Of a stretch of 64,000 nt of DNA, positions 47,164-57,394 are shown piece by piece. The stretch is taken from contig CAYXZX010000002.1 of assembly GCA_964469455.1 (NCBI GenBank), positions 4,377-68,376 on the forward strand, given 5' to 3'. Positions within the stretch are counted from its first letter, which is position 1, and every line of letters starts with the position of its first letter. Under the pieces are notes generated by a model. It ran no database searches. It was not told the DNA's origin and worked only from the letters and a program-made list of their open reading frames with translations. The position numbers and the translations under genes are program-made. This stretch comes from an uncultured Rhodocyclaceae bacterium (GTDB lineage Bacteria > Pseudomonadota > Gammaproteobacteria > Burkholderiales > Rhodocyclaceae).

Positions 47164-48878
47164 GCATGGATCAGGATCTGATGGCCCAGATCGGGGTGGC
47201 GCAGCAACAGCTTTGCGCCCCGGGCGCGCCCTACGAAGTCGTGGAAACCACCGTGGCCGGCCGCACGGCGCGGGTGTTCCGCAAGGCTCCGATCAACGTC
47301 CCGGAAGCAATGGCGCCGGCGCGAGCCTTTGGCGACCGGGAGTTCCTCGTCTATCTCGATCAGCGCTGGTCCTACCGTAAGTTTTTCGAGCACGTCGATG
47401 CGCTCGCGTCGATGCTGTCGAGCCGCTACGGCGTCGGCCGGGGCGATCGTGTGGCGATCGCAATGCGCAATCGTCCCGAGTGGCTGGCGGCGTTTCTCGC
47501 TGCCATGTCGGCGGGCGCCACCGTCGTGCCGCTGAACAGTTGGGGCCAGCGGGAGGAATTGCTGTACGGATTGACCGACAGCACGCCGAAAATCTGCTTC
47601 TGCGATGAACAGCGCCTGGCGCATGTCGCCAACGATCTTGCACCGCTCGGCATTGTCGCCATCGTGACGGGTGCATCGGCAGCCTCGGATGGCGACCGGG
47701 TCGTGCGTTACGACGATCTGGTGGCCGCTGGCGCCGGCGCGCCGGTACCGGCGGTGTCACTGGCGCCGGATGACGACGCGATTATCCTGTACACCTCGGG
47801 CACCACCAGCCAGGCGAAAGGCGTGGTCTCCAGTCAACGCGCCATTTGCCAGGCCCTGACCAGCTTCGAGTACGGCGGTGCCTTGGCGGGCATGACGTCG
47901 CCGGAGAGCGTCAAGCTCATCATGTCGCTCGGCTTTGCGCCAACGGTGCTGACCGCCGTGCCGTTGTTTCACGTCAGCGGCCTGCTCGCGCACTTCCTGT
48001 ATTCGCTGCGCACTGGGCGGCGCATGGTGATGATGTACAAGTGGGACGTCGAGGAGGCCCTGCGTCTGATCGAGCGGGAGAAGATTACGGCCGTCGCCGC
48101 GTCGACGGCGATGATTGCCCAGTTGCTCGGTTCGCCCGCATTTGACACCACCGCTACGCGCAGCCTGACGGCGATTGGCCTGGGCGGTTCCGGCGTGACT
48201 CGCCGCGTCGTCGATCTCATCGAGGAAACCCGGCCGAACGCCATGCCGGGCATCGGCTACGGACTCACGGAGAGCAACGGGGTCGGCACGATATCGGCCG
48301 GCGCCATTTTCCGCCACAAACCCACCAGTTCCGGCGTGCGCGTGCCGATCATGGAGATTTGCACCATCGATGCGGAGGGCCGGCCACTGCCGCAAGGCGC
48401 GACTGGCGAGATTTGCCTCAAGGGCGCGGTCGTGATGTCCGGCTACTGGCGCGATGCGGAGGCGACGGCACGAGTGCTCCGTGACGGCTGGTTCGCCACT
48501 GGCGACGTAGGCTACGTGGACGAAGAAGGCTTCCTGTTCGTGGTCGATCGCATCAAGGACATCGTCAATCGCGGCGGCGAAAAGATCTCGACCGCCGAAG
48601 TCGAATCCTGCGTCTCCCGGCTGCCGGCGGTGGCCGAAGTGGCGGGCTTTGCGCTCCCCGATGACGACCTGGGCGAGGTGCTGGCCTTGGCCGTCAGGCT
48701 GCACCCCGGAGCTTCGCTGGACGAGGATGCCTTACGCGCCCACGTGGCCGAGCACCTGGCCTCGTTCAAGGTTCCGGCCCGCGTCATTTTCTTCGACACG
48801 GATCTGCCGCGCAATCCGTCGGGCAAGCTGCTGCGCCGGGCGCTGCGCGAGCAGGTCGAGCACGGGGGGGATGCTTGA
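47160..48878 (+). CDS. AMP-dependent acyl-CoA synthetase/ligase (FadD-type); alternative ATG at 47166
   Basis: YTSGTTSQAKGV, GYGLTE, VDRIKDIVNRGGEKIS and PRNPSGKLLRR motifs. The start overlaps the upstream ACAD stop. Confidence 0.92.
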   Translation: MSMDQDLMAQIGVAQQQLCAPGAPYEVVETTVAGRTARVFRKAPINVPEAMAPARAFGDREFLVYLDQRWSYRKFFEHVDALASMLSSRYGVGRGDRVAIAMRNRPEWLAAFLAAMSAGATVVPLNSWGQREELLYGLTDSTPKICFCDEQRLAHVANDLAPLGIVAIVTGASAASDGDRVVRYDDLVAAGAGAPVPAVSLAPDDDAIILYTSGTTSQAKGVVSSQRAICQALTSFEYGGALAGMTSPESVKLIMSLGFAPTVLTAVPLFHVSGLLAHFLYSLRTGRRMVMMYKWDVEEALRLIEREKITAVAASTAMIAQLLGSPAFDTTATRSLTAIGLGGSGVTRRVVDLIEETRPNAMPGIGYGLTESNGVGTISAGAIFRHKPTSSGVRVPIMEICTIDAEGRPLPQGATGEICLKGAVVMSGYWRDAEATARVLRDGWFATGDVGYVDEEGFLFVVDRIKDIVNRGGEKISTAEVESCVSRLPAVAEVAGFALPDDDLGEVLALAVRLHPGASLDEDALRAHVAEHLASFKVPARVIFFDTDLPRNPSGKLLRRALREQVEHGGDA

Positions 48879-49014
48879 TCGTCATGTCATCGAACAGGGC
48901 GGACAGCATGTCGCCGTCCCGCCATGGCTGACTTTGCCGATGGACAATCAGCCTTGCTTCCCGGAATCGCTTCTTGGCATATTCGTTTTGTCACATCTTT
49001 AGACTGAAGGAGGA

Positions 49015-51498
49015 ATGGAAATGAGCACACTTACCCGTTGCCGATTCGCGAGCCGCGTCATCCCGACGCTGGTCGCCAGCGCCTTTGGCGCGAGCGTGGC
49101 ACCGGCGTTCGCGCAGGGAACGCCGGCGCTGGAGGAAATCATCATCACCGCGCAGAAGCGGTCGGAGAACCTCCAGGACGTGCCGATTTCCGTAATGTCC
49201 TTCGACGCCAAGGCCCTCGAGAAGAAGGGCGTCGTTACGCTCTCCGACATCAACGATGGTTCGGTACCGGGCCTCAGCCTGGCGCCGTACCCCGGCAGCA
49301 GCGATTTCTTCTTCCCCAGCTTCCGCGGCATCACGACCAACACGGCGTTCATCAGCGGCCCCAGCCCGATCGCCGTTCATATCAATGGCGTCTACCAGTC
49401 GCAACTGGTCGGGCTCAACAATCCGGCGGCTGACCTCGAGCGCATCGAAGTGCTGAAGGGCCCGCAGGGAGTGCTGTCCGGACGCAATGCCACGGGCGGC
49501 GCCATCAACATCTACACGGCCAAGCCGGAACTCGGCACTTTCGGCTTCAAGCAGCAATTCACCGTGGCCGAGCGCGACCAGTTCCTGTCCAAGACCACCG
49601 TCAATCTGCCGGTGGGCGAGACCTTTGCCGCCAAAGTCGCCTACGTGACCAACTCGCGCGACAATGAAGGGGTCAAGAACTCGGTGCCTGGCGGCTATCA
49701 GTTCGGCGAGCGCAAGTCCGATGCCGTGCGACTCGACATGCGCTGGCAGCCGTCGTCAAGCGTCACTGTTGATTACGGCTACGACTACTCGCTGGCCAGG
49801 GGCCACGACACGCCGCCACAGTGCCTCTATCCGGGCAATAACGCCTATGCCAACTGGATCGGTGCGTTCGGCATGTCGCTGTCCAGCTTCTTGGCGGATC
49901 CGCGTGTCAAGCAGTTCGTAGACGGCTGTTCGCCAAGGAAACTGAGCCATCTTTACGCGCCGTTCGACTGGCAGAAGAACCGGAACAAGTCTGAAGGCCA
50001 CACGCTGAATGTCGACTGGAAGGTCAGTTCGACGCTGACGGTCCGCTCCATCACCGGCTATCGGGAGATCGATACCCGCAACAATTACATCTACGCGGCC
50101 TATGGCGGCGGCGCCGTGCTGCGCTCCGACAGCGGTCCATTCACCCTCACCAACGTGCCGGGCGTCGGCACGCTGCAACTCGGCCATCCGGTGAAGCTGT
50201 ACAACGAGTCGTTCTCGCAGGAGTTCCAGTTCCTCGGCGACCTGGCCAAGAACCTGAGATATACCGCGGGAATCTACTACTCGACGGAAAAAGGCCATCA
50301 GGATTCAGGGCCGAACATCGGCCAGTATCTGGCCGACTTGGGCTTCTTCGGTGCCTATGGCATTCCACCGGTATCGGGGACCGATGCCATGCTGGTTGAC
50401 CAGAAGGGCCTGCACTCGGCGAAGAGCGACTCCTGGGCAGTGTTCGGGCAGGTCAGCTGGGCACCGGAGATGTTTGGCGGCAAGGTCGAGGTGGTGCCAG
50501 GCCTGCGCTTCACTCGCGACCACCGCTGGGTGAATGGCTACAACACCGGCTGGACCAATACCTACATCGTCAATCCGACCGGCGCGACTTCTGGCACCGT
50601 GGTCTCGACCATTCCGGGCGCTCCCGGCTTCGGCTTTGCCAGCGCCTCGGGTGATCGCCGCGATTCGAAGACCACGCCATCGCTGTCCTTGAACTACCAC
50701 TGGGACAAGGACTTGATGACGTACGTGAAGTACTCGAAGGGCTATACGGGCGGCGGCTTCGACCCCGTTTCCGGTCCTGCTTCCGCCGCGAGCTTCAGCA
50801 AGGGCTATAGCCCGGAGACGATCAAGTCGATCGAACTGGGCTTGAAGAGTGAGTTGCTCGACAAGCGCTTGCGCACCAACATCGCGGTGTTCCAGAGCAA
50901 GTTCGACAACGAGCAGAAGAGCACGGCCCAACTCGGCGGCGGCTGGGCGGTCGAGAACGTTGGCGGTTCGACGTACAAGGGCTTGGAACTCGACTTGACG
51001 GCGGCCGTGACCGAAAGCCTGCGGGTGACGGCGAGCTATGCCACCCTGAGCCACGATTACGACAAGTGGATGGACAACAACCCGATGTCGCCCACCTTCG
51101 GTCAGGACGTGGCCAAGAACCGCAAGCTGATCGTGCCGAAGAACGACTACTCGATCACCGTCGACTACCGCTTCCCGAATTTCGGCCTGCCCGGCAGGCT
51201 GGATGGGACGGTGACGTATTCGCATCGCGATGACTTCTCGACACCGCTCAACCTCGCCATTCCGAACGTGAAGACCTACAGCACGACGCCGGCATTCCAT
51301 GTAGTCAATGCCCGGCTGGCACTCTCGCGCATCAAGGTCGCGCCTGAAGGCAAGGGGTCGCTCACCGTGGCGCTCTGGGGCAAGAACCTGACCAACGAGA
51401 AGTACCTGACGCTGGCCAACGGCGCGTGGGTGAACGATGGCTCCGGCACCTGGGGCGAGCCGCGCACGGTCGGCATGGACCTTATCTATCAGTATTGA
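49015..51498 (+). CDS. TonB-dependent outer-membrane receptor (827 aa)
   Basis: Signal peptide ending AFAQG, plug domain (EEIIITAQKRSENLQDVPISV) and a long beta-barrel ending in aromatic ...DLIYQY. GAAGGAGG RBS upstream. Confidence 0.95.
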   Translation: MEMSTLTRCRFASRVIPTLVASAFGASVAPAFAQGTPALEEIIITAQKRSENLQDVPISVMSFDAKALEKKGVVTLSDINDGSVPGLSLAPYPGSSDFFFPSFRGITTNTAFISGPSPIAVHINGVYQSQLVGLNNPAADLERIEVLKGPQGVLSGRNATGGAINIYTAKPELGTFGFKQQFTVAERDQFLSKTTVNLPVGETFAAKVAYVTNSRDNEGVKNSVPGGYQFGERKSDAVRLDMRWQPSSSVTVDYGYDYSLARGHDTPPQCLYPGNNAYANWIGAFGMSLSSFLADPRVKQFVDGCSPRKLSHLYAPFDWQKNRNKSEGHTLNVDWKVSSTLTVRSITGYREIDTRNNYIYAAYGGGAVLRSDSGPFTLTNVPGVGTLQLGHPVKLYNESFSQEFQFLGDLAKNLRYTAGIYYSTEKGHQDSGPNIGQYLADLGFFGAYGIPPVSGTDAMLVDQKGLHSAKSDSWAVFGQVSWAPEMFGGKVEVVPGLRFTRDHRWVNGYNTGWTNTYIVNPTGATSGTVVSTIPGAPGFGFASASGDRRDSKTTPSLSLNYHWDKDLMTYVKYSKGYTGGGFDPVSGPASAASFSKGYSPETIKSIELGLKSELLDKRLRTNIAVFQSKFDNEQKSTAQLGGGWAVENVGGSTYKGLELDLTAAVTESLRVTASYATLSHDYDKWMDNNPMSPTFGQDVAKNRKLIVPKNDYSITVDYRFPNFGLPGRLDGTVTYSHRDDFSTPLNLAIPNVKTYSTTPAFHVVNARLALSRIKVAPEGKGSLTVALWGKNLTNEKYLTLANGAWVNDGSGTWGEPRTVGMDLIYQY

Positions 51499-51516
51499 TC
51501 CGGCTTGATGGCGATC

Positions 51517-51552
51517 GGGCGGCCCGCTTTTCTCGGGGCCGCCCCTTTTTTT
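51517..51552 (+). terminator. rho-independent terminator after the TonB-dependent receptor gene
   Basis: Perfect 9-bp GC stem GGGCGGCCC (51517-51525) / GGGCCGCCC (51536-51544), followed by C and a T7 run (51546-52). It lies 19 nt after the stop. Confidence 0.8.
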
Positions 51553-51578
51553 CAAGCGATCATGGGCTGGGAGTCGCA

Positions 51579-52610
51579 ATGAGCGCGGGTGAAGTAGGGC
51601 ATCGACGGCCCCAGCCTCCGGCAAATCCGGCTGGGCACGCGCCCTTGCGTCGCCCCTGCTCGGTTCGGCGGACGTCGTCGATCGATGTCGTCTGGCCGGA
51701 AGGTTATGGCGGACGCATGCAGTTCGACGGCCGCTGCCGCGACATCATGACGCCTGCGGCGGGCGGCGAACCGTTGCCACTGGCCGAGGATGCTGTTCGG
51801 GCCGTGATGGCCTTCGATCGAACCGTGGAAGCTATCGAGAGTTTTCCGGCACGACCGAATATCGGCGTCCTGGTGGGCATCGACGGCGGTCGGTTGCGCC
51901 ACCATCTCGGCGATGCCATTCGGGAGGACCGGGCTGCCGGCAGGCCCTTGTATCAATTGCTCGATGACCTGGTAGGTGCCAGTCTGGTGGCGCCCTGGGC
52001 CTGGTCTCGTTGGACGCCGGAATGGCGCAGGCGCTACTTCCCCGCTGACGAGGAACAGGCGCGCCTCCTGCGCAAGAAGCGGATGGAAGGCGTCTGCACG
52101 GGATTCCGGCCGGGATCGAGCGCATTCGATGATGTCTGGGGACGTGACCAGAGCTGCCGTCCAGTGGGCGAACTGAGCCACCCGGACGATCAGGCCGGCT
52201 GGCATGCGCTACCCACTCCGGCGCCGCAGGCATCGCTGCGCCGGGCGCGGCGGATGGACGCCTGGCTGGATGGCAGCTTGCGCTTGGAGGCGCATTTTCA
52301 GGACAGCGCCTTGACGCCCGACGGCACCCGGGTCGCCGTGCATGAATACACACTGCACGCCGATGCCGATCCGGAGACTCTGGAACTACTCGATGTCCAT
52401 GCCGACCCGCGCATACTGCCGAATCCGGAATGCCCGGAAGCCGTCGATAACATCGCACGGCTGGTCGGCTCGCCGCTACCGAGATTGCGGGCCTTGGCGT
52501 TGACAGAGTTGCGTGGCGTGCTCGGTTGCACGCATCTCAACGATGCCTTGCGTGCCCTCGCCGACATGCCCAAGGTGGCCAGGGCATTGTCGGCGTCCCG
52601 CCGAGACTGA
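51579..52610 (+). CDS. DUF2889-like protein of unknown function (343 aa; domain at the C-terminus)
   Basis: The C-terminal RRMDAWLDGSLRLEAHFQDS...PNPECPEAVDNIARLVG...GCTHLNDALRAL parallels the N-terminal part of the CDS at 21411-22190. Confidence 0.6.
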   Translation: MSAGEVGHRRPQPPANPAGHAPLRRPCSVRRTSSIDVVWPEGYGGRMQFDGRCRDIMTPAAGGEPLPLAEDAVRAVMAFDRTVEAIESFPARPNIGVLVGIDGGRLRHHLGDAIREDRAAGRPLYQLLDDLVGASLVAPWAWSRWTPEWRRRYFPADEEQARLLRKKRMEGVCTGFRPGSSAFDDVWGRDQSCRPVGELSHPDDQAGWHALPTPAPQASLRRARRMDAWLDGSLRLEAHFQDSALTPDGTRVAVHEYTLHADADPETLELLDVHADPRILPNPECPEAVDNIARLVGSPLPRLRALALTELRGVLGCTHLNDALRALADMPKVARALSASRRD

Positions 52611-52614
52611 CTTT

Positions 52615-52631
52615 CGCCCGACGGTCGGGCG
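52615..52631. terminator. short hairpin between convergent genes (possible bidirectional terminator; no T-run)
   Basis: CGCCCGA-CGG-TCGGGCG, a perfect 7-bp stem with a 3-nt loop. It sits in the 35-nt gap between the stops at 52610 (+) and 52646 (-). Confidence 0.3.
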
Positions 52632-52645
52632 GACGCTGATCAGGC

Positions 52646-53551
52646 TTACTGCGGAGGCAGCGCGTAGCCGTCTACCACCGGCTTGTGCGAGTCGTTGAAG
52701 TACTGGGACAGCGTCGTGTGCAGATCGGCCAGTTCCCACTTGCCGCCCTTGGGATTGTCGTAGAAAACGTCCAGGCGGGGGCGCTGCACGATGTTGACCC
52801 GGCCGCCCCAGACGACGAACAGTTCGCCGGAAATGTGCCCGGCTTCTGGCGAGGCAAGATACCCGACCAGCGGCGCGACGTTGGCGGGATCGAAGACGTC
52901 GAAACCGTCCTTCGGCGCCGCGAACAGGTGCGCATGCGGCATGTTTTCTGTCATGGCGGTACGCCCGCGCGGCAGGATGACGTTGCAGGTGACGCCAAGC
53001 TTGATCATCAGGGCGGCGACGCCGATGCTTAGGGCGGCGATGCCCGCCTTGGCCGGCGCATAGTTGGGCTGCCCCGGAGCAGCGAACAACATGGCCTCTG
53101 ACGCGGTGCTGATCAGGCGGCCATAGACGGGACCGGCCTTGGCTTTCTCTCGCCAGTACTGCGCGGCGTTGCGCATGTTCACGAAATGACCGCGCAGATG
53201 CACGCGCACCACGGAATCGAATTCGTCGTCGGTCATGCCGTAGATGGTCTTGTCGCGGGTGAAGCCGGCATTGTTGACCATGATGTTGACATCACCGAAG
53301 GCGTCCAGCGCCGCCTTGAAGGTCCTGCCCGCCGATTCGGTGTCGGCGCAGTCGCCGAGTGCGGCGATGGCTTCGCCACCGAAAGCCTTGATGTCGGCGA
53401 CCGTCTGGTGAGCCTTTTCGGCCGACGCCGGGAAATCGATGTCGTTGATGACCACACGCGCTCCCTGGCGCGCGAGCTGCATTGCTTCCTCGCGGCCAAG
53501 TCCCTGGCCCGCTCCCGTGACGATGGCCACCTTGCCTGTCAAGTCACCCAT
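52646..53551 (-). CDS. MFE-2/Hsd4A-type SDR, probable (3R)-hydroxyacyl-CoA dehydrogenase (301 aa)
   Basis: GKVAIVTGAGQGLGR, NNAGFTRDKTIYGMTDDEFDSVVRVHLRGHF (very like the multifunctional enzyme type 2 dehydrogenase domain) and YAPAKAGI. The long ORF-track extension to 54487 is antisense to the thiolase. Confidence 0.85.
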   Translation of the reverse strand: MGDLTGKVAIVTGAGQGLGREEAMQLARQGARVVINDIDFPASAEKAHQTVADIKAFGGEAIAALGDCADTESAGRTFKAALDAFGDVNIMVNNAGFTRDKTIYGMTDDEFDSVVRVHLRGHFVNMRNAAQYWREKAKAGPVYGRLISTASEAMLFAAPGQPNYAPAKAGIAALSIGVAALMIKLGVTCNVILPRGRTAMTENMPHAHLFAAPKDGFDVFDPANVAPLVGYLASPEAGHISGELFVVWGGRVNIVQRPRLDVFYDNPKGGKWELADLHTTLSQYFNDSHKPVVDGYALPPQ

Positions 53552-53583
53552 GTTGGATCCTTTCCTCGCCTTGAAGTGTTTTG

Positions 53584-54933
<1,350 letters not shown>

Positions 54934-55021
54934 TCATTTGGGTGGTGTGTCGCACAGGGCGACTCGATACTCGGCGCAGTCGAGCGCGGCCGGCGAGGCC
55001 GTGATTCCTGCGCCAAGAGGT

Positions 55022-55044
55022 ATCGTCCGTTCAGACGAAGAGCC
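55022..55044 (+). promoter_or_regulatory. candidate operator, copy D of the shared motif (ATCGTCCGTTCAGACGAAGAGCC; core TCGTC-N6-GACGA)
   Basis: Lies in the 385-nt divergent region between the thiolase (-) and the SDR/OYE/ipdAB operon (+). 21 of 23 positions are identical to the copy at 39454-39476. Confidence 0.55.
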
Positions 55045-55143
55045 GGGGATGGCCATTCGTTAGTCTGCAAGAGGAAAAACGGGGTTTGCAACGAGGCCCC
55101 GCCTTGATAACTGAATCGACTGATCTTGTGGGGGAGCGTGACG

Positions 55144-55971
55144 ATGAGATTCTCTGGGAAAGTGGTTGTGGTAACCGGCGCCGGCCAGGGCATTGGCCGG
55201 GCGACGGCGCAACTGTTCGCTCGCGAGGGAGCGAAAGTGGTTGCGGTGGATATCAACGAGGCTGCGGCGAAGGAGACCTTGTCCCAGGTGGGCAGCTCGG
55301 ATACCGGCATGGCCGCTTCGTGCAACATCGCCGACAGCGGCGCCGTCAAGGCGCTGTTCGCGGCCGTTGAAGCTAAGCTCGGCGGCGTCAATGTGCTCGT
55401 CAACAATGCTGGCATCGGCTCGGCCAAGAACGATGGCTTCGACAAGTTGCTCGCCCGCATGGGCGAACGCGGCGCTCAGATGGCGCGCGGCGAGAAGCCG
55501 ACAGTGTTTCCCGACATCATCATCGACATGGAGGACGAGGGCTGGCAGGGCGTCATGAACGTCAACCTCAACGGCACCTTCTACTGCACGCGTGAAGCCG
55601 TGCGCTCCATGGTCAAGCACGGCATCAAGGGCGCGATCGTCAGCATCTCGAGCACGGCCGCCATGTCCGGCGAAGGCGCGCTGCACTATGCAGCCTCCAA
55701 GTCCGCCCTGATCGGCATGACCCGGAGTCTGGCGCGTGAAGTCGCGCCTCGCGGTATCCGTGTCAACAACGTCATGCCGGGGCCGGTCAATACGCCCATC
55801 ATGAGCGGTGTCAGCCAGGCGTGGATCGATTCCATGGTGGCGGGCATTCCGCTCGGCCGCATGGCCGAGCCGGAAGACATCGCCCGCACTGTTGCCTTCG
55901 TGGCTTCCGACGACGCGGCGATGATCACCGGTGCGGATATCGTCGCCAACGGCGGTTCGTATTTCAAGTAG
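55144..55971 (+). CDS. SDR family oxidoreductase with an internal insertion
   Basis: GKVVVVTGAGQGIGRATA, NNAGIG and YAASKSALIG. Confidence 0.88.
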   Translation: MRFSGKVVVVTGAGQGIGRATAQLFAREGAKVVAVDINEAAAKETLSQVGSSDTGMAASCNIADSGAVKALFAAVEAKLGGVNVLVNNAGIGSAKNDGFDKLLARMGERGAQMARGEKPTVFPDIIIDMEDEGWQGVMNVNLNGTFYCTREAVRSMVKHGIKGAIVSISSTAAMSGEGALHYAASKSALIGMTRSLAREVAPRGIRVNNVMPGPVNTPIMSGVSQAWIDSMVAGIPLGRMAEPEDIARTVAFVASDDAAMITGADIVANGGSYFK

Positions 55972-55983
55972 GAGGAGAGGAAC

Positions 55984-56757
55984 ATGGCGGGAAGAGTGCA
56001 GGGCAAGGTCGCCTTCGTGACTGGCGGCGGGACCGGTATTGGCGAGGCGACCGCCCACCGTTTGGCCGAGGAGGGTGCGACCGTTGTAGTCTGCGGCCGG
56101 CGCAAGGAGCCTTTGGAGGCAGTCGTTGCCGCCATCAAGGCAAAGGGCGGCAAGGCGGACTTCGCGGTGGCGGATGTCAGCAACGAGGCCCAGATCGTGG
56201 GCGCCATCGAGGCAGCGGCGCAGCGTCACGGCCGGCTGGACATTCTGGTCAACAATGCCATGGCGTTTACCTGGGGTGGTGTCGATACCATGTCCACAGC
56301 CGATTGGCATGCCAACTTCGCCACCACCGTGGACGGCACCTTCTGGGGCACCCGCACGGCGGTAAAAATCATGAAGACCCAGGGGGGGGGCAGCATCGTC
56401 AATATCGCCTCCATTTGCGGTCTGTTTGGCACGGCGTGGATGACCGGCTATAGCGCCGCGAAGGCGGCGATCATCAATTTCTCGCGCGCAGTGTCGTCGG
56501 AGGGCGCAGCCGGCAACATTCGGTGCAACGTGGTGATTCCCGGTGTCGTGGCGACTCCGGCCACCGCCGACATGCTCAGCAACGAAGCTTCGCGCAAGAA
56601 CACCGAAAAGCTGATTCCGATGAGGCGCATCGGCGAGCCGGTGGAACTGGCCAACGCGGTTCTCTTCCTTGCTTCGGACGAGGCTTCGTACATCACTGGC
56701 GCCACCCTGTCCGTCGACGGCGGGCGCGCTGCCGACCTGATCACGGCAATCGAGTAA
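55984..56757 (+). CDS. SDR family oxidoreductase
   Basis: GKVAFVTGGGTGIGEA, NNAM and YSAAKAAI. GGAGGAGAGG RBS upstream. Confidence 0.9.
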   Translation: MAGRVQGKVAFVTGGGTGIGEATAHRLAEEGATVVVCGRRKEPLEAVVAAIKAKGGKADFAVADVSNEAQIVGAIEAAAQRHGRLDILVNNAMAFTWGGVDTMSTADWHANFATTVDGTFWGTRTAVKIMKTQGGGSIVNIASICGLFGTAWMTGYSAAKAAIINFSRAVSSEGAAGNIRCNVVIPGVVATPATADMLSNEASRKNTEKLIPMRRIGEPVELANAVLFLASDEASYITGATLSVDGGRAADLITAIE

Positions 56758-56761
56758 GGCC

Positions 56762-57391
56762 GTGACCAATGCCACGCTCGAGGCACGCATCGATCGACTG
56801 GAGTCGATCGATGCCATTCGTCAACTGGCCGGACGCTATTCGCTGTCGCTGGACATGCGCGATCTCAATGCCCATGTCAACCTGTTCGCGCACGACATTC
56901 GCGTCGGCAAGGGGCTGGTGGGGCGGGCGCATCTGAAGGCTTGGGTAGACGACACCCTGCGCAACCAGTTCACCGGCACCTCGCATCATCTCGGGCAGCA
57001 CATCATCGAGTTCAAGGATGCCGACCATGCGCTCGGCGTGGTCTACTCCAAGAACGAGCACGAATGCGGCGCCGAGTGGGTGATCATGCAGATGCTGTAC
57101 TGGGACGATTACGAACGCATCGATGGTGCGTGGTATTTCCGGCGGCGGCTGCCTTGCTATTGGTACGCGACCGATCTCAACAAGCCGCCCATCGGTGACA
57201 TGAAGATGCGCTGGCCGGGACGCGAGCCCTACTGGGGAAGTTTCCACGAGTTGTTCCCGTCGTGGAAGGAGTTCTGGGCCAATCGACCCGAACGTGACAA
57301 GCTTCCCGAGGTGGCGGCTCCAGCGCCGGTCGATCGCTTCCTGGAAACCATGAGGCGGGGCACGCCTGCTCCGAAAATGAGGATACGCTGA
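56762..57391 (+). CDS. SnoaL-like / NTF2-fold protein (209 aa); GTG start
   Basis: LEARIDRLESIDAIRQLAGRYSLSLDMRD... and WYFRRR are typical of the SnoaL_4 (NTF2-like) family. Confidence 0.7.
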   Translation: MTNATLEARIDRLESIDAIRQLAGRYSLSLDMRDLNAHVNLFAHDIRVGKGLVGRAHLKAWVDDTLRNQFTGTSHHLGQHIIEFKDADHALGVVYSKNEHECGAEWVIMQMLYWDDYERIDGAWYFRRRLPCYWYATDLNKPPIGDMKMRWPGREPYWGSFHELFPSWKEFWANRPERDKLPEVAAPAPVDRFLETMRRGTPAPKMRIR

Positions 57392-57394
57392 ACC

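Noticed and set aside
56382-56390. G9 homopolymer inside the SDR gene, and G7-G8 runs at about 59795-59802, 24767-24773 and 48855-48861, as possible phase-variation or slippage tracts.
   Set aside because: All are in frame and encode Gly-rich loops (for example TQGGGS). There is no paralog comparison or read evidence for length variation. Such runs are not unexpected in DNA of about 65% GC. They are worth noting only as potential sequencing-error hotspots.
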